A stretch of 64,000 nucleotides of DNA from a virus. Where the stretch lies: IMG/VR virus record IMGVR_UViG_3300045988_176686. One strand, written 5' to 3'. Shown one piece after another: positions 18,001 to 25,653 of this stretch; the stretch's first letter is position 1, and each line of letters begins with the position of its first letter. The notes below the pieces were generated by a model that worked only from the letters and a program-made list of their open reading frames with translations, did not search any database and had not been told where the DNA came from. The position numbers and the translations under genes were made by a program.

Positions 18001-18042
18001 GATTAACTAAACACCCCATGCAACAACAACCTCACCAAATTT
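18001..18042 (+). repeat. 42-bp direct repeat, copy B (true terL start)
   Basis: See 16239-16280. Confidence 0.9.
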
Positions 18043-20015
18043 ACCTCACGCGCTTTCAGCAACAATCGCTCTACATGGCTGCTAAGGATGAGCGAGTAAT
18101 TGCTGCCCGCCGTGTGGGAAAGACCGACGGACTTGTGGCACCTTACGTGTGGATGGCAAGTCAGTCGATGCCGGGTATGCTTGGTGCTTGGGTGGCAGTG
18201 AGCCGACAGCAAGGCTTTGGCAAGACCATACCAAGCACGATGGCAGCTATGGAGCGCATGTTTGGCTTTGTGCAAGGCGTTCACTTTGGGTGGGGACGTC
18301 CGCCTAAGCATGCCAAACCCAGCATTTTTAAGCCTAAGAATTACGACAACTATATTTGGTTTGCCAACGGAGCGGGGTGGGTGCTCATTTCGCTCTCGCA
18401 AACTGCCTCGGCAAACTCTTACACCTTCTCGGCTATGGTGGGCGACGAGGCACGTTTTTTTCCCTATAAAAAGGTGACGGACGAACTGATGCCTGCGCTT
18501 TCGGGTCAAACACACCCCTTGGGCGACATCGCGTTTTCCGACCACAATCCGCTCTACAAAAGCACGCGCTTCCTCTCTGATGCCTCGCTCACCACCAAAG
18601 GCTCATGGTTGGAACGCGAGGAGGAGAAGCTTGACCTCGAAATTGAAACAGGACAGTTCAAGGGCAAAACTTACCGATGGGTGCAGGAGCAACTGGAGGA
18701 TTATGCCGACAAGATTATCCGCTACAACGACCTGCTGTATAATGCCCGCAAGTCGGGACACATTGTCCATGTGGTTCCCGATGAGATGCGCCAAGTGATG
18801 CGTGCCGTTGCACTGAAGATGATGCGCCATGAAGGGCAATTCCGCATCATGCCTAACCACGGACTGCATGTGACGCGAGCGATGGTGACCATGGCGGTGA
18901 ACTACCACCTTATTGACCCAAACGATGCCGAACTGATTTACGACTACGAATACCTCATTACGCCAGAGGAAGATTTTGAAATGCAGAAGTTCTTGCGTTC
19001 CAAAAAATTCTCTGAAGGTTATTTGCGCGAATTGCGTCGTGTGGCTTTTGTGGTGCGCAGAGCAAGCACCCTCTCGAATGTGGATCTTCTTTCTGAGGAT
19101 TACATCCGACAGATGAAGCGCGATCTTCCAGCCTACACGTTCATGGTCAGTATTATGAACGTAAAGATGCAAAAGTCGAACGATGGTTTTTATAGCAACC
19201 TTGATATTGATCATGTGCATGGCTACATTCCAGAGGACGTTGATCCCCTAAGTCAAGCAAATTTCAGTACCCAAAAAGCAACGGGCATTGTGGACGGCAA
19301 ACGCATTACAAGCGAAAGTTATCAGCCCGACTTTAAGGAACTGAGCGAGCGCAACGATTGCCGCATGGACTCTGACTGCCACATGAGCGAACCTTTGTAC
19401 CTTGCACTCGACTATAATGCCAACATCAATACGCTTGTGGTGGGACAGAAATATGAGCGCGATGGGGTAATGGCTCTCAATGTCATTAAGTCGTTCTATG
19501 TGAAGAACGAGCGCAAACTGCGCGAACTCATTCAAGACTTTTCGCGCTACTATGCTCCCAAACGTGCCATTTGTAGCGATGTGGTGTATTTTTACGACGC
19601 CACTGCCAAACAGGGTGCATCGTATGCCACCACCGACGAACGATTTTATATGGCGGTGATTAAGGAGTTGCAAGCCGCGGGGTGGACGGTGCGCGGCATC
19701 GACATGGGTGTGCCCGAACGTCACGACGTGAAGCACCGCCTTATTAACGAGGCTTTGGCGGGAGTTACATTCCCAGCCATACGCATTAACCAACCCAACA
19801 ACCCCGACCTCATTATTGCCATGCAGCTGTGTGAGGTCAGCCTGTCGTATCGCGGTTTTCAAAAAGACAAGAGCCAAGAAAAGAAACCTGAGACTGAGGA
19901 TAACCTACCCCTTCAGCAACGAACCGACTTTACCGATGCCTTCGATACGCTATGGTTAGGCGTGAAATACTTTATCGGTCGCTTCGGTTGGGCGTGGATG
20001 CCTGGGGGATATTAA
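18018..20015 (+). CDS. terL: terminase large subunit
   Basis: 665 aa from ATG 18018 (track start 17904 overlaps the methylase); Walker A-like AARRVGKTDG, Walker B-like MVGDEARF, nuclease-sized C-terminal half. Confidence 0.65.
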   Translation: MQQQPHQIYLTRFQQQSLYMAAKDERVIAARRVGKTDGLVAPYVWMASQSMPGMLGAWVAVSRQQGFGKTIPSTMAAMERMFGFVQGVHFGWGRPPKHAKPSIFKPKNYDNYIWFANGAGWVLISLSQTASANSYTFSAMVGDEARFFPYKKVTDELMPALSGQTHPLGDIAFSDHNPLYKSTRFLSDASLTTKGSWLEREEEKLDLEIETGQFKGKTYRWVQEQLEDYADKIIRYNDLLYNARKSGHIVHVVPDEMRQVMRAVALKMMRHEGQFRIMPNHGLHVTRAMVTMAVNYHLIDPNDAELIYDYEYLITPEEDFEMQKFLRSKKFSEGYLRELRRVAFVVRRASTLSNVDLLSEDYIRQMKRDLPAYTFMVSIMNVKMQKSNDGFYSNLDIDHVHGYIPEDVDPLSQANFSTQKATGIVDGKRITSESYQPDFKELSERNDCRMDSDCHMSEPLYLALDYNANINTLVVGQKYERDGVMALNVIKSFYVKNERKLRELIQDFSRYYAPKRAICSDVVYFYDATAKQGASYATTDERFYMAVIKELQAAGWTVRGIDMGVPERHDVKHRLINEALAGVTFPAIRINQPNNPDLIIAMQLCEVSLSYRGFQKDKSQEKKPETEDNLPLQQRTDFTDAFDTLWLGVKYFIGRFGWAWMPGGY

Positions 20016-20045
20016 ACATGAATGAATAACTAAACATAAATGCAG

Positions 20046-20079
20046 AAAAAGGGGAGCGCGTCATCACGACGAACTCCCC
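20046..20079 (-). terminator. rho-independent terminator between convergent terL and acetyltransferase genes
   Basis: Stem GGGGAG..CGTC/GACG..CTCCCC followed on minus strand by TTTTT. Confidence 0.6.
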
Positions 20080-20122
20080 TTCATTGCATATTTAATACCC
20101 TGATTAAATAAAGAGCTATACT

Positions 20123-20701
20123 TTACAATTCTTTTACCAGCAACGAACTGTGACGTCCAAATTCCTTTTCGTTATATCCAAGTCGCTCATACCATCGTAG
20201 CACCCATTCATCGGACTCGCGTCTGTCCCATTCCAAGCAAACGGTTTTGCAACCCATCTTCTTAGCTTCGCGTTCTGCCGTTTCAAGCAGTTTGCGGGCT
20301 ACGCCTTGTTTACGATAAGGTTCATCTACCCATAGGGCATAAATCAGTGCGTCGGCTTTGCCTTCTATGCGGTTATCGTCAGCATTCTTGTCGGGAATGC
20401 TTACTTGCACAGAGCTACGATGTATTCCGTCCACTATGAGTATTCGGTGTTCTTGATACCATTGTTGATGTAGCACCCTTTTGGTTTTCAGTTCAATCTT
20501 TGCAATAACATGTGCGGTATAATCTTCCCCCATTTCCCTCTCAACCATCGACATGATAGGCGAATGCTCTATGTGAGCAAGGGGAATGGGTTTCACTTCG
20601 GGTAGGTGACTATATTTGCTTTGATCGAAGATGCTATCTGAAATCACCGATATGGCAGCCGCTGCAAGCACGATGCAAATAATCAGTACGATTGTAATCA
20701 T
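20123..20701 (-). CDS. GNAT-family N-acetyltransferase with N-terminal membrane anchor
   Basis: 192 aa; hydrophobic N-terminus; ALWVDEPYRKQGVARKLLETAEREAKKMG is a typical GNAT motif A. Confidence 0.75.
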   Translation of the reverse strand: MITIVLIICIVLAAAAISVISDSIFDQSKYSHLPEVKPIPLAHIEHSPIMSMVEREMGEDYTAHVIAKIELKTKRVLHQQWYQEHRILIVDGIHRSSVQVSIPDKNADDNRIEGKADALIYALWVDEPYRKQGVARKLLETAEREAKKMGCKTVCLEWDRRESDEWVLRWYERLGYNEKEFGRHSSLLVKEL

Positions 20702-20704
20702 TTT

Positions 20705-20932
20705 TTATTGTCTTCTAAATGATTTTACTATCCAAACTATACGACGAACTATCCCTATAGCAAAAAGGAAAGTCCATAACAGAACTGCACGAGGAACGAG
20801 ATAACAAACATCTTTTACAAAAGTATCTGAGTTGTGTAAATTGTTAACTATATCAAGGTCTTTTTCGCATTCTTCCAACACCTTCTCTCGTATTATAAAT
20901 AATTTGCTATCTATTTCTTCTTTCCTGTTCAT
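20705..20932 (-). CDS. small membrane protein
   Basis: 75 aa; C-terminal hydrophobic helix; overlaps neighbours by 4 nt. Confidence 0.45.
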   Translation of the reverse strand: MNRKEEIDSKLFIIREKVLEECEKDLDIVNNLHNSDTFVKDVCYLVPRAVLLWTFLFAIGIVRRIVWIVKSFRRQ

Positions 20933-21546
20933 ATTCTATGTCCAATTTTACCTGCCTTACATTGTTTAATCCATTTTCTTAGCCAAGTTTTTTCTTTGAT
21001 TGTGGCGGTATAAAATTGTGTGATATAGCCATAAGTGCAGCGGTAAGGTGCACGCTGCATTTCGCCATAGTACTTGTCAGCAAAGGCTATGTAATGAACT
21101 TCGCCATGCTCGTCAATATGATGAATTTGAACAAGCGAATTGTCTAAGGCTTTAACTATATCACCACAACGCACTTTGTCGGCATCAACAGGAATGTTGG
21201 AAACTGCCTTTTTGTCTTTCTTTGACTTTGCCTTCACAATGCGCCATTTGCGTTTGCCTTGGCGAATGATGTGATATTTATTGCGATCGGGGTGTATCAG
21301 ATAGCCACGCGTGCCAATACGTGGGTTAATTCTGCGATGACTCGGAAAGATGATGCGGTCTAAGTAGACGGGCACCCCCGTCTTAAATATTTCCTTAAAA
21401 TTATCGCAAGCTTCAATCACCTGCAACCGCCAACCTTGGCGTCGTGCCAATTCAGTGAGCAACATTTCTTGATGATGCAATCTATGATACATATTATCTA
21501 CCCAAGGCTGACACTTACGTCTTAACTCTTTCAGCTTAATTTTCAT
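20929..21546 (-). CDS. hypothetical protein (C-terminal domain shared with 28168-28767)
   Basis: 205 aa; CGDIVKALDNSLVQIHHIDEHGEVHY...YRCTYGYITQFY aligns with RGDIVHASDDSLVLIHHIGAEGEVYY...YTCHYGFITSCY. Confidence 0.6.
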   Translation of the reverse strand: MKIKLKELRRKCQPWVDNMYHRLHHQEMLLTELARRQGWRLQVIEACDNFKEIFKTGVPVYLDRIIFPSHRRINPRIGTRGYLIHPDRNKYHIIRQGKRKWRIVKAKSKKDKKAVSNIPVDADKVRCGDIVKALDNSLVQIHHIDEHGEVHYIAFADKYYGEMQRAPYRCTYGYITQFYTATIKEKTWLRKWIKQCKAGKIGHRI

Positions 21547-21773
21547 GTCATAAAAGCTTTATAAATCCAATAAAAAAATGTGCAGTGGTTTTAATTAGTT
21601 TTCCTTCTCATATCATGCGTCTGCACCAGCATCCGTTAATTACGTTGTACGGCCACCTCAGACATCGCGAACAAGGTGCGTCGGCTAATCACACGCCCTG
21701 TCGCGACGGAGGCAGGACTACGATCCTTTGGCCTTCGGGATAGTTATGCCTTGTGCGCCACGTGGCAGCGGAC

Positions 21774-22247
21774 TTAGGCGTCCAAGTTGCCACCACCTGG
21801 CTGCTGCGTGCCACCAGTTGATGATGAACCACCGCCACCATCGGTTGTGGGTTCGTCACCCTCGTTGTCCTTAGTCCACGAAGTCTTGGCAGTAGCCACG
21901 GCAGCATGCACTTCGGTGCTGGGGTAGAAGGCCACACCAATTTTGTGTTCCACACCCACTTGCTCGTCGGCAGTTTTAGTCCATGCACCGCTGCAAGTAA
22001 AGCCAATGTTGCCGATACCCTTCAGTTCGACAGACTTACCTGCCGACAAGGTTTCCTGAATGGCATCGAGCATCAGTTCAAAAGCCATACGAAGCTCTGC
22101 CTTGTGCATGGTGGTGTTTTTACTTGCAGACGCAACGAGTGAGTCCATGTCTGCCTTACCGTTGGACTTTACGGTTGTACGAAAACCTACTTCCTTAGTT
22201 TGCGGATTGACGGTTTTCGTCTTTGAAAATTTGAGTGTCATTGCCAT
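21774..22247 (-). CDS. HU-related histone-like DNA-binding protein (Bacteroides type)
   Basis: 157 aa; N-terminal 90 aa fit the Bacteroidales HU-related pattern (...ELMLDAIQETLSAGKSVELKGIGNIGF); Gly/Ser-rich tail. Confidence 0.55.
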   Translation of the reverse strand: MAMTLKFSKTKTVNPQTKEVGFRTTVKSNGKADMDSLVASASKNTTMHKAELRMAFELMLDAIQETLSAGKSVELKGIGNIGFTCSGAWTKTADEQVGVEHKIGVAFYPSTEVHAAVATAKTSWTKDNEGDEPTTDGGGGSSSTGGTQQPGGGNLDA

Positions 22248-22298
22248 AAATCAAAATGGTATTAACTCGTTAAACATATAGCATATACCAAAACATGG

Positions 22299-22354
22299 TT
22301 TCGCGCGAAACTTTTTCAATCTTCGCGCGAAGTTTTGAAAATCTTCGCGCGAAA
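22299..22354. promoter_or_regulatory. three palindromic boxes TTCGCGCGAA spaced 22 bp (operator candidate)
   Basis: Cores at 22300-22309, 22322-22331, 22344-22353; first box is the perfect 14-bp palindrome GTTTCGCGCGAAAC; upstream of HU-like gene. Confidence 0.6.
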
Positions 22355-22419
22355 CTTGTTTTTCGTATGCTCACGGGCAAAGTTACAAAAGGTCCTTTCG
22401 GTGGTACGGACAAAGTGTG

Positions 22420-23216
22420 TTACGCCTGGGGCTTGTAAGGATCGCACGTGCCGAGCAAATGCTTTGTGTCGTCGTTGTAGGGTATGCACTGAAGCCAACA
22501 GGCGCTGACACAATCATACGGTGCATCTTCGTCTTTGCTAACAAACAAGTCGCATGTCCACATGTCATTATCTCCATCTCGCACAAGCACCTCGTCAAAA
22601 GGCTCCAACTTGAACTGCGCAGCAGGCTTCTCATTCTTCTCTGGCACTGGTTCAACGCATTTCTTTTCGGCATTCCATTGCAAATAATGCTCACTCAAGG
22701 ATTTATTCATTTCAAACACTTCACAATCGCAAGCCGGCAGGCACCTAACTTCGCTCGCATGGGGGGTTATGAGAACAATGGACAAGCCTTCCCGGCCGTA
22801 CCACTTATCTGAATCAATTTCCATACAGGCATGGAAATGAATAAGGCCATCACTCCAGTCACATTTTTTGAAAATCATAATGTATTTATTCGAATTTTCA
22901 CGCCAGCTGTCGTACTCTTTCACCACCATTATGTCACCATTTTCAAACTGGGTTACGTCCCACTGGCGCAATACCTTTGACGGGAAAAGGAGGCATTCGC
23001 CATTGTCGGACACACAGTCCTTTTTACCGCAAAAACGGCCATATCCCGTAAATCTTACGTAACCTATTTCAGTATAGTCGTGAGTGCGGCAATAAATGAG
23101 GTCCTCGTCATCGTCTATATGTCGAGGAACAAATCACCACAAATAGGTGAATAGAGCTTTGTGCCTCTCGGTTGCTTTTTCAGAATGTCCGCAATGTTGA
23201 TATTGTCTGTTGCCAT
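22420..23216 (-). pseudogene. hypothetical protein, frame-broken paralog of 27935-28171 family
   Basis: ATG 23216 opens MATDNINIADILKKQPRGTKLYSPICGDLFLDI* ; -1 frame continues ...PRHIDDDEDLIYC...ECLLFPSKVLRQWD into ORF 22420-23013; both halves align to one 78-aa paralog. Confidence 0.5.
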
Positions 23217-23416
23217 AATGTTTATAATGTTTTTTTGGGGGGGGGTAGTTTTGTTGTCGTTATATCGTCACTTGTTTAATCATAATCGGGCAGTCGCTCC
23301 CATTCGGTCTTGCGAAGTAACAAGCCTTGTGCATGTTTTGCATGTCTCGCTCCGTATGCGACAGGGCAAAGCGCAAACAAGCCTTGCGCTCCTTGCAGCC
23401 TTGCCCGTCGCATGAT

Positions 23417-23953
23417 TTAATCTTGCTCATTTTCGTCAAGCTCTTTTATCAGTTGCTCGTAGCTCTTGGTGGTGCCTACCAATCGTTCGGTAGCTTTGGA
23501 TAGGGGGAGAACTTGTCGCCAAGTGTATTTGTGGCGTCCTGGACCGTAAAATAGCACATCACCATCAGTATTCTTTCCTGCACAGGCCAAAACATTCCAA
23601 GGTCCATTATCGTCATCTCTCACCAAACAAGGTTGCCACTTTTGCGGCACAAAGTTGGAGTAGTTGCGGAAGTAGGTGGGGACTTTAATATGGAGGTCTA
23701 AATCTGTATCCTTGGTAATATAATACATACCATTGCGCATAAACTCGCACACCCTTTCATGTCCATCTTTTATTTTCACCAAAGCTATTACGTTGGAGGG
23801 CGAGATAGGGCTTCTTTTATCCTCCCTATCTATGCAGATTATTCTTGCCTCGCGTCCGTCTCGCGTCACTATCTCTCCTTTCACTTCCTTGTTGGTTATC
23901 TTCTTCGCCAATTCAAGGTCGAAAGGAATGCGTTTAAAAAATTGATTATTCAT
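23417..23953 (-). CDS. hypothetical protein (paralog of 28784-29557)
   Basis: 178 aa; FKRIPFDLELAKKITNKEVKGEIVTR, KWQPCLVRDDD, LVGTTKSYEQLI conserved in both copies. Confidence 0.65.
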   Translation of the reverse strand: MNNQFFKRIPFDLELAKKITNKEVKGEIVTRDGREARIICIDREDKRSPISPSNVIALVKIKDGHERVCEFMRNGMYYITKDTDLDLHIKVPTYFRNYSNFVPQKWQPCLVRDDDNGPWNVLACAGKNTDGDVLFYGPGRHKYTWRQVLPLSKATERLVGTTKSYEQLIKELDENEQD

Positions 23954-24039
23954 TTTTTTATTGTTGATAGAATTTTAAGAATTGCATTTCAATAATGAAT
24001 ATTGATTACACAAGAACCGGCAATCAATATTCACTTTTG

Positions 24040-24276
24040 CTATTTACGTAAATTTCGATATTTGCCTTTGTTTATAGGCCAAAGCATGAATACGCAGAAT
24101 GCAACGGCTGCAAACACGACAAAAAACATGGGCAACCAAACGGGCAGTGTGATCCACCACCACGACCACTGCACTACGCCAGTGAGTTTGAGCGTAAGCA
24201 GGATGTAGAACGGAATGCCACCAAGGAGGTAGAACTTGATGGGATTTACTGGGAATACTTTTTTTACGTTTTCCAT
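24040..24276 (-). CDS. small membrane protein
   Basis: 78 aa, Trp-rich hydrophobic helices; its 5' end is duplicated (degenerate) at about 24468-24545. Confidence 0.55.
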   Translation of the reverse strand: MENVKKVFPVNPIKFYLLGGIPFYILLTLKLTGVVQWSWWWITLPVWLPMFFVVFAAVAFCVFMLWPINKGKYRNLRK

Positions 24277-24290
24277 AAGTGTTTATGTTG

Positions 24291-24452
24291 TTAGAGTTCA
24301 ATTAAGATTTTTATATGTTTCCACCCCACTATTGTGTGAATAGTGGGCGCAATGCCAAGGGGAGAGAAAACACGTCGCGAGTGTTCAAACCAACCATTAT
24401 AGGGCGGGAAGTTTAGGCTACCCACTACAAAGGTGTGAAGAGTGCGGTTCAT
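24291..24452 (-). CDS. mini-protein resembling core of C5-methyltransferase target-recognition domain (copy A)
   Basis: 53 aa MNRTLHTFVVGSLNFPPYNGWFEHSRRVFSPLGIAPTIHTIVGWKHIKILIEL; below ORF-track cutoff; synonymous-biased divergence from copy B. Confidence 0.5.
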   Translation of the reverse strand: MNRTLHTFVVGSLNFPPYNGWFEHSRRVFSPLGIAPTIHTIVGWKHIKILIEL

Positions 24453-24557
24453 GGGGTAAGTTATAAAAGTTTGAGCGTGAGCAGAATGTAGAACGGAATG
24501 TCACCAAGGAGGTAGGACCTTATGGAGTTACGGATTTTTTTCCATAAGAGGGTATTT

Positions 24558-24722
24558 TTAGAGTTCAATTAAAATTTTTATGTGTAGATTTCCTCCCCCC
24601 ATTGTGTGAATGGCTGGCGCAATGCCATGTGGAGAGAATACACGTCGAGATTGCTCAAACATTCTGTCGTAAGGTGGAAAGTTTAAGCTGCCCACTACAA
24701 GGGTGTGAAGGGTGCGGTTCAT
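24558..24722 (-). CDS. mini-protein resembling core of C5-methyltransferase target-recognition domain (copy B)
   Basis: 54 aa MNRTLHTLVVGSLNFPPYDRMFEQSRRVFSPHGIAPAIHTMGGGNLHIKILIEL; ATG in ATGA overlap with stop of ORF 24719-24970. Confidence 0.55.
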   Translation of the reverse strand: MNRTLHTLVVGSLNFPPYDRMFEQSRRVFSPHGIAPAIHTMGGGNLHIKILIEL

Positions 24723-24970
24723 ACCTGATTCCACCAAGACAAAATAAGTTCACCGTGGGGTGTAGATTTTTCATAACCATACCGAAGTCTTAAAAACTTG
24801 GCTAATGTGTCTACATCGGGAAAAAGTTCCTCTGCATTCTCAATACGCACGCCTACTTGTCCTTTTGCACAAGCCTCGGTAATATACTTTTCTACTACGC
24901 TGAGTTGGTCTTTAAACCGCTCTTCGAGCACATCTAAACTCTTTTGTCGTGCTTCTTTTGCTGTAATCAT
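24719..24970 (-). CDS. hypothetical protein
   Basis: 83-aa ORF with ATG start. Confidence 0.6.
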   Translation of the reverse strand: MITAKEARQKSLDVLEERFKDQLSVVEKYITEACAKGQVGVRIENAEELFPDVDTLAKFLRLRYGYEKSTPHGELILSWWNQV

Positions 24971-24990
24971 AATGGCTGGATTTTTAAAAA

Positions 24991-25467
24991 TTAGTGTTGC
25001 GTATTTTTCTTCAAGTGTTCAAAATCAGGAATAACCAATCTTAAAGTTTTTTCTCCTGGTCCATACGGATTGATAGCATCGATGAACATAAATTTTGAAT
25101 TTATTTGCTTTGCAAATGCTTTTATTCTTTTTATTTCGTCTTCGCGGTGGAAGCTAATGATGTGCATATTGTCATAGTCTAACGCAAGCATACAATCGCG
25201 ATGTTGCGCAAAATCGGGGAACGAATGCAGCATGCTGTTGTAATACTGGCAACCATGAATCCATTCGGGAATGAATGCTTGGGTGTAATGGTCGCCTTTC
25301 GCACCAATCACAAAATAGCATTCAAGCAAACGCTCGGCTGGGTAATAAGTCTTGGGTGCGAAGTAGAGCATTTTGCGCTCACCGTCCTCGTCGTAAAAAA
25401 GGCTATACACTTTGCCTTGGCTCAATACGCAAAAGTCGGCATCGCCTATCTTTACACCAGTTATCAA
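24991..25467 (-). CDS. hypothetical protein (frame stays open upstream to about 25650; likely longer)
   Basis: 158 aa from TTG; upstream in-frame coiled-coil-like LVAALTRRLGEKEKEYVELEERYAALSDACESLEKQL has no start; ATG 25657 is out of frame across a 6-nt A run. Confidence 0.55.
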   Translation of the reverse strand: MITGVKIGDADFCVLSQGKVYSLFYDEDGERKMLYFAPKTYYPAERLLECYFVIGAKGDHYTQAFIPEWIHGCQYYNSMLHSFPDFAQHRDCMLALDYDNMHIISFHREDEIKRIKAFAKQINSKFMFIDAINPYGPGEKTLRLVIPDFEHLKKNTQH

Positions 25468-25653
25468 AATGGGATGTTCGTTTTTTGCAATACATTCGCC
25501 TATCTTACTTAACTTGTATTTAGTGTCAAGTTGTTTCTCTAAACTTTCACATGCGTCTGATAACGCAGCATAACGCTCCTCTAATTCTACGTACTCTTTT
25601 TCTTTCTCGCCTAATCGTCGAGTGAGCGCAGCGACTAAATTTTTTGTTTTCTA

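Larger units (their letters stand above)
24185..24722 (-). repeat. tandem duplication, two diverged units of about 270-283 bp
   Basis: Unit 1 24185-24452, unit 2 24468-24722; each has the membrane-gene 5' end plus a 53/54-aa ORF. Confidence 0.85.

Noticed and set aside
17904-18017. Longer terL start at 17904 given by the ORF track
   Set aside because: It would overlap the last 77 nt of the methyltransferase gene in another frame. ATG 18018 follows the A/C-rich leader and is the start duplicated in the 42-bp repeat.
21689-22006. 105-aa minus-strand ORF overlapping the 3' end of the HU-like gene
   Set aside because: It is an alternative frame of the better-supported HU-like ORF, extended into the GC-rich non-coding block. 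The translation is Pro/Arg/Trp-rich, which is typical of an off-frame reading.
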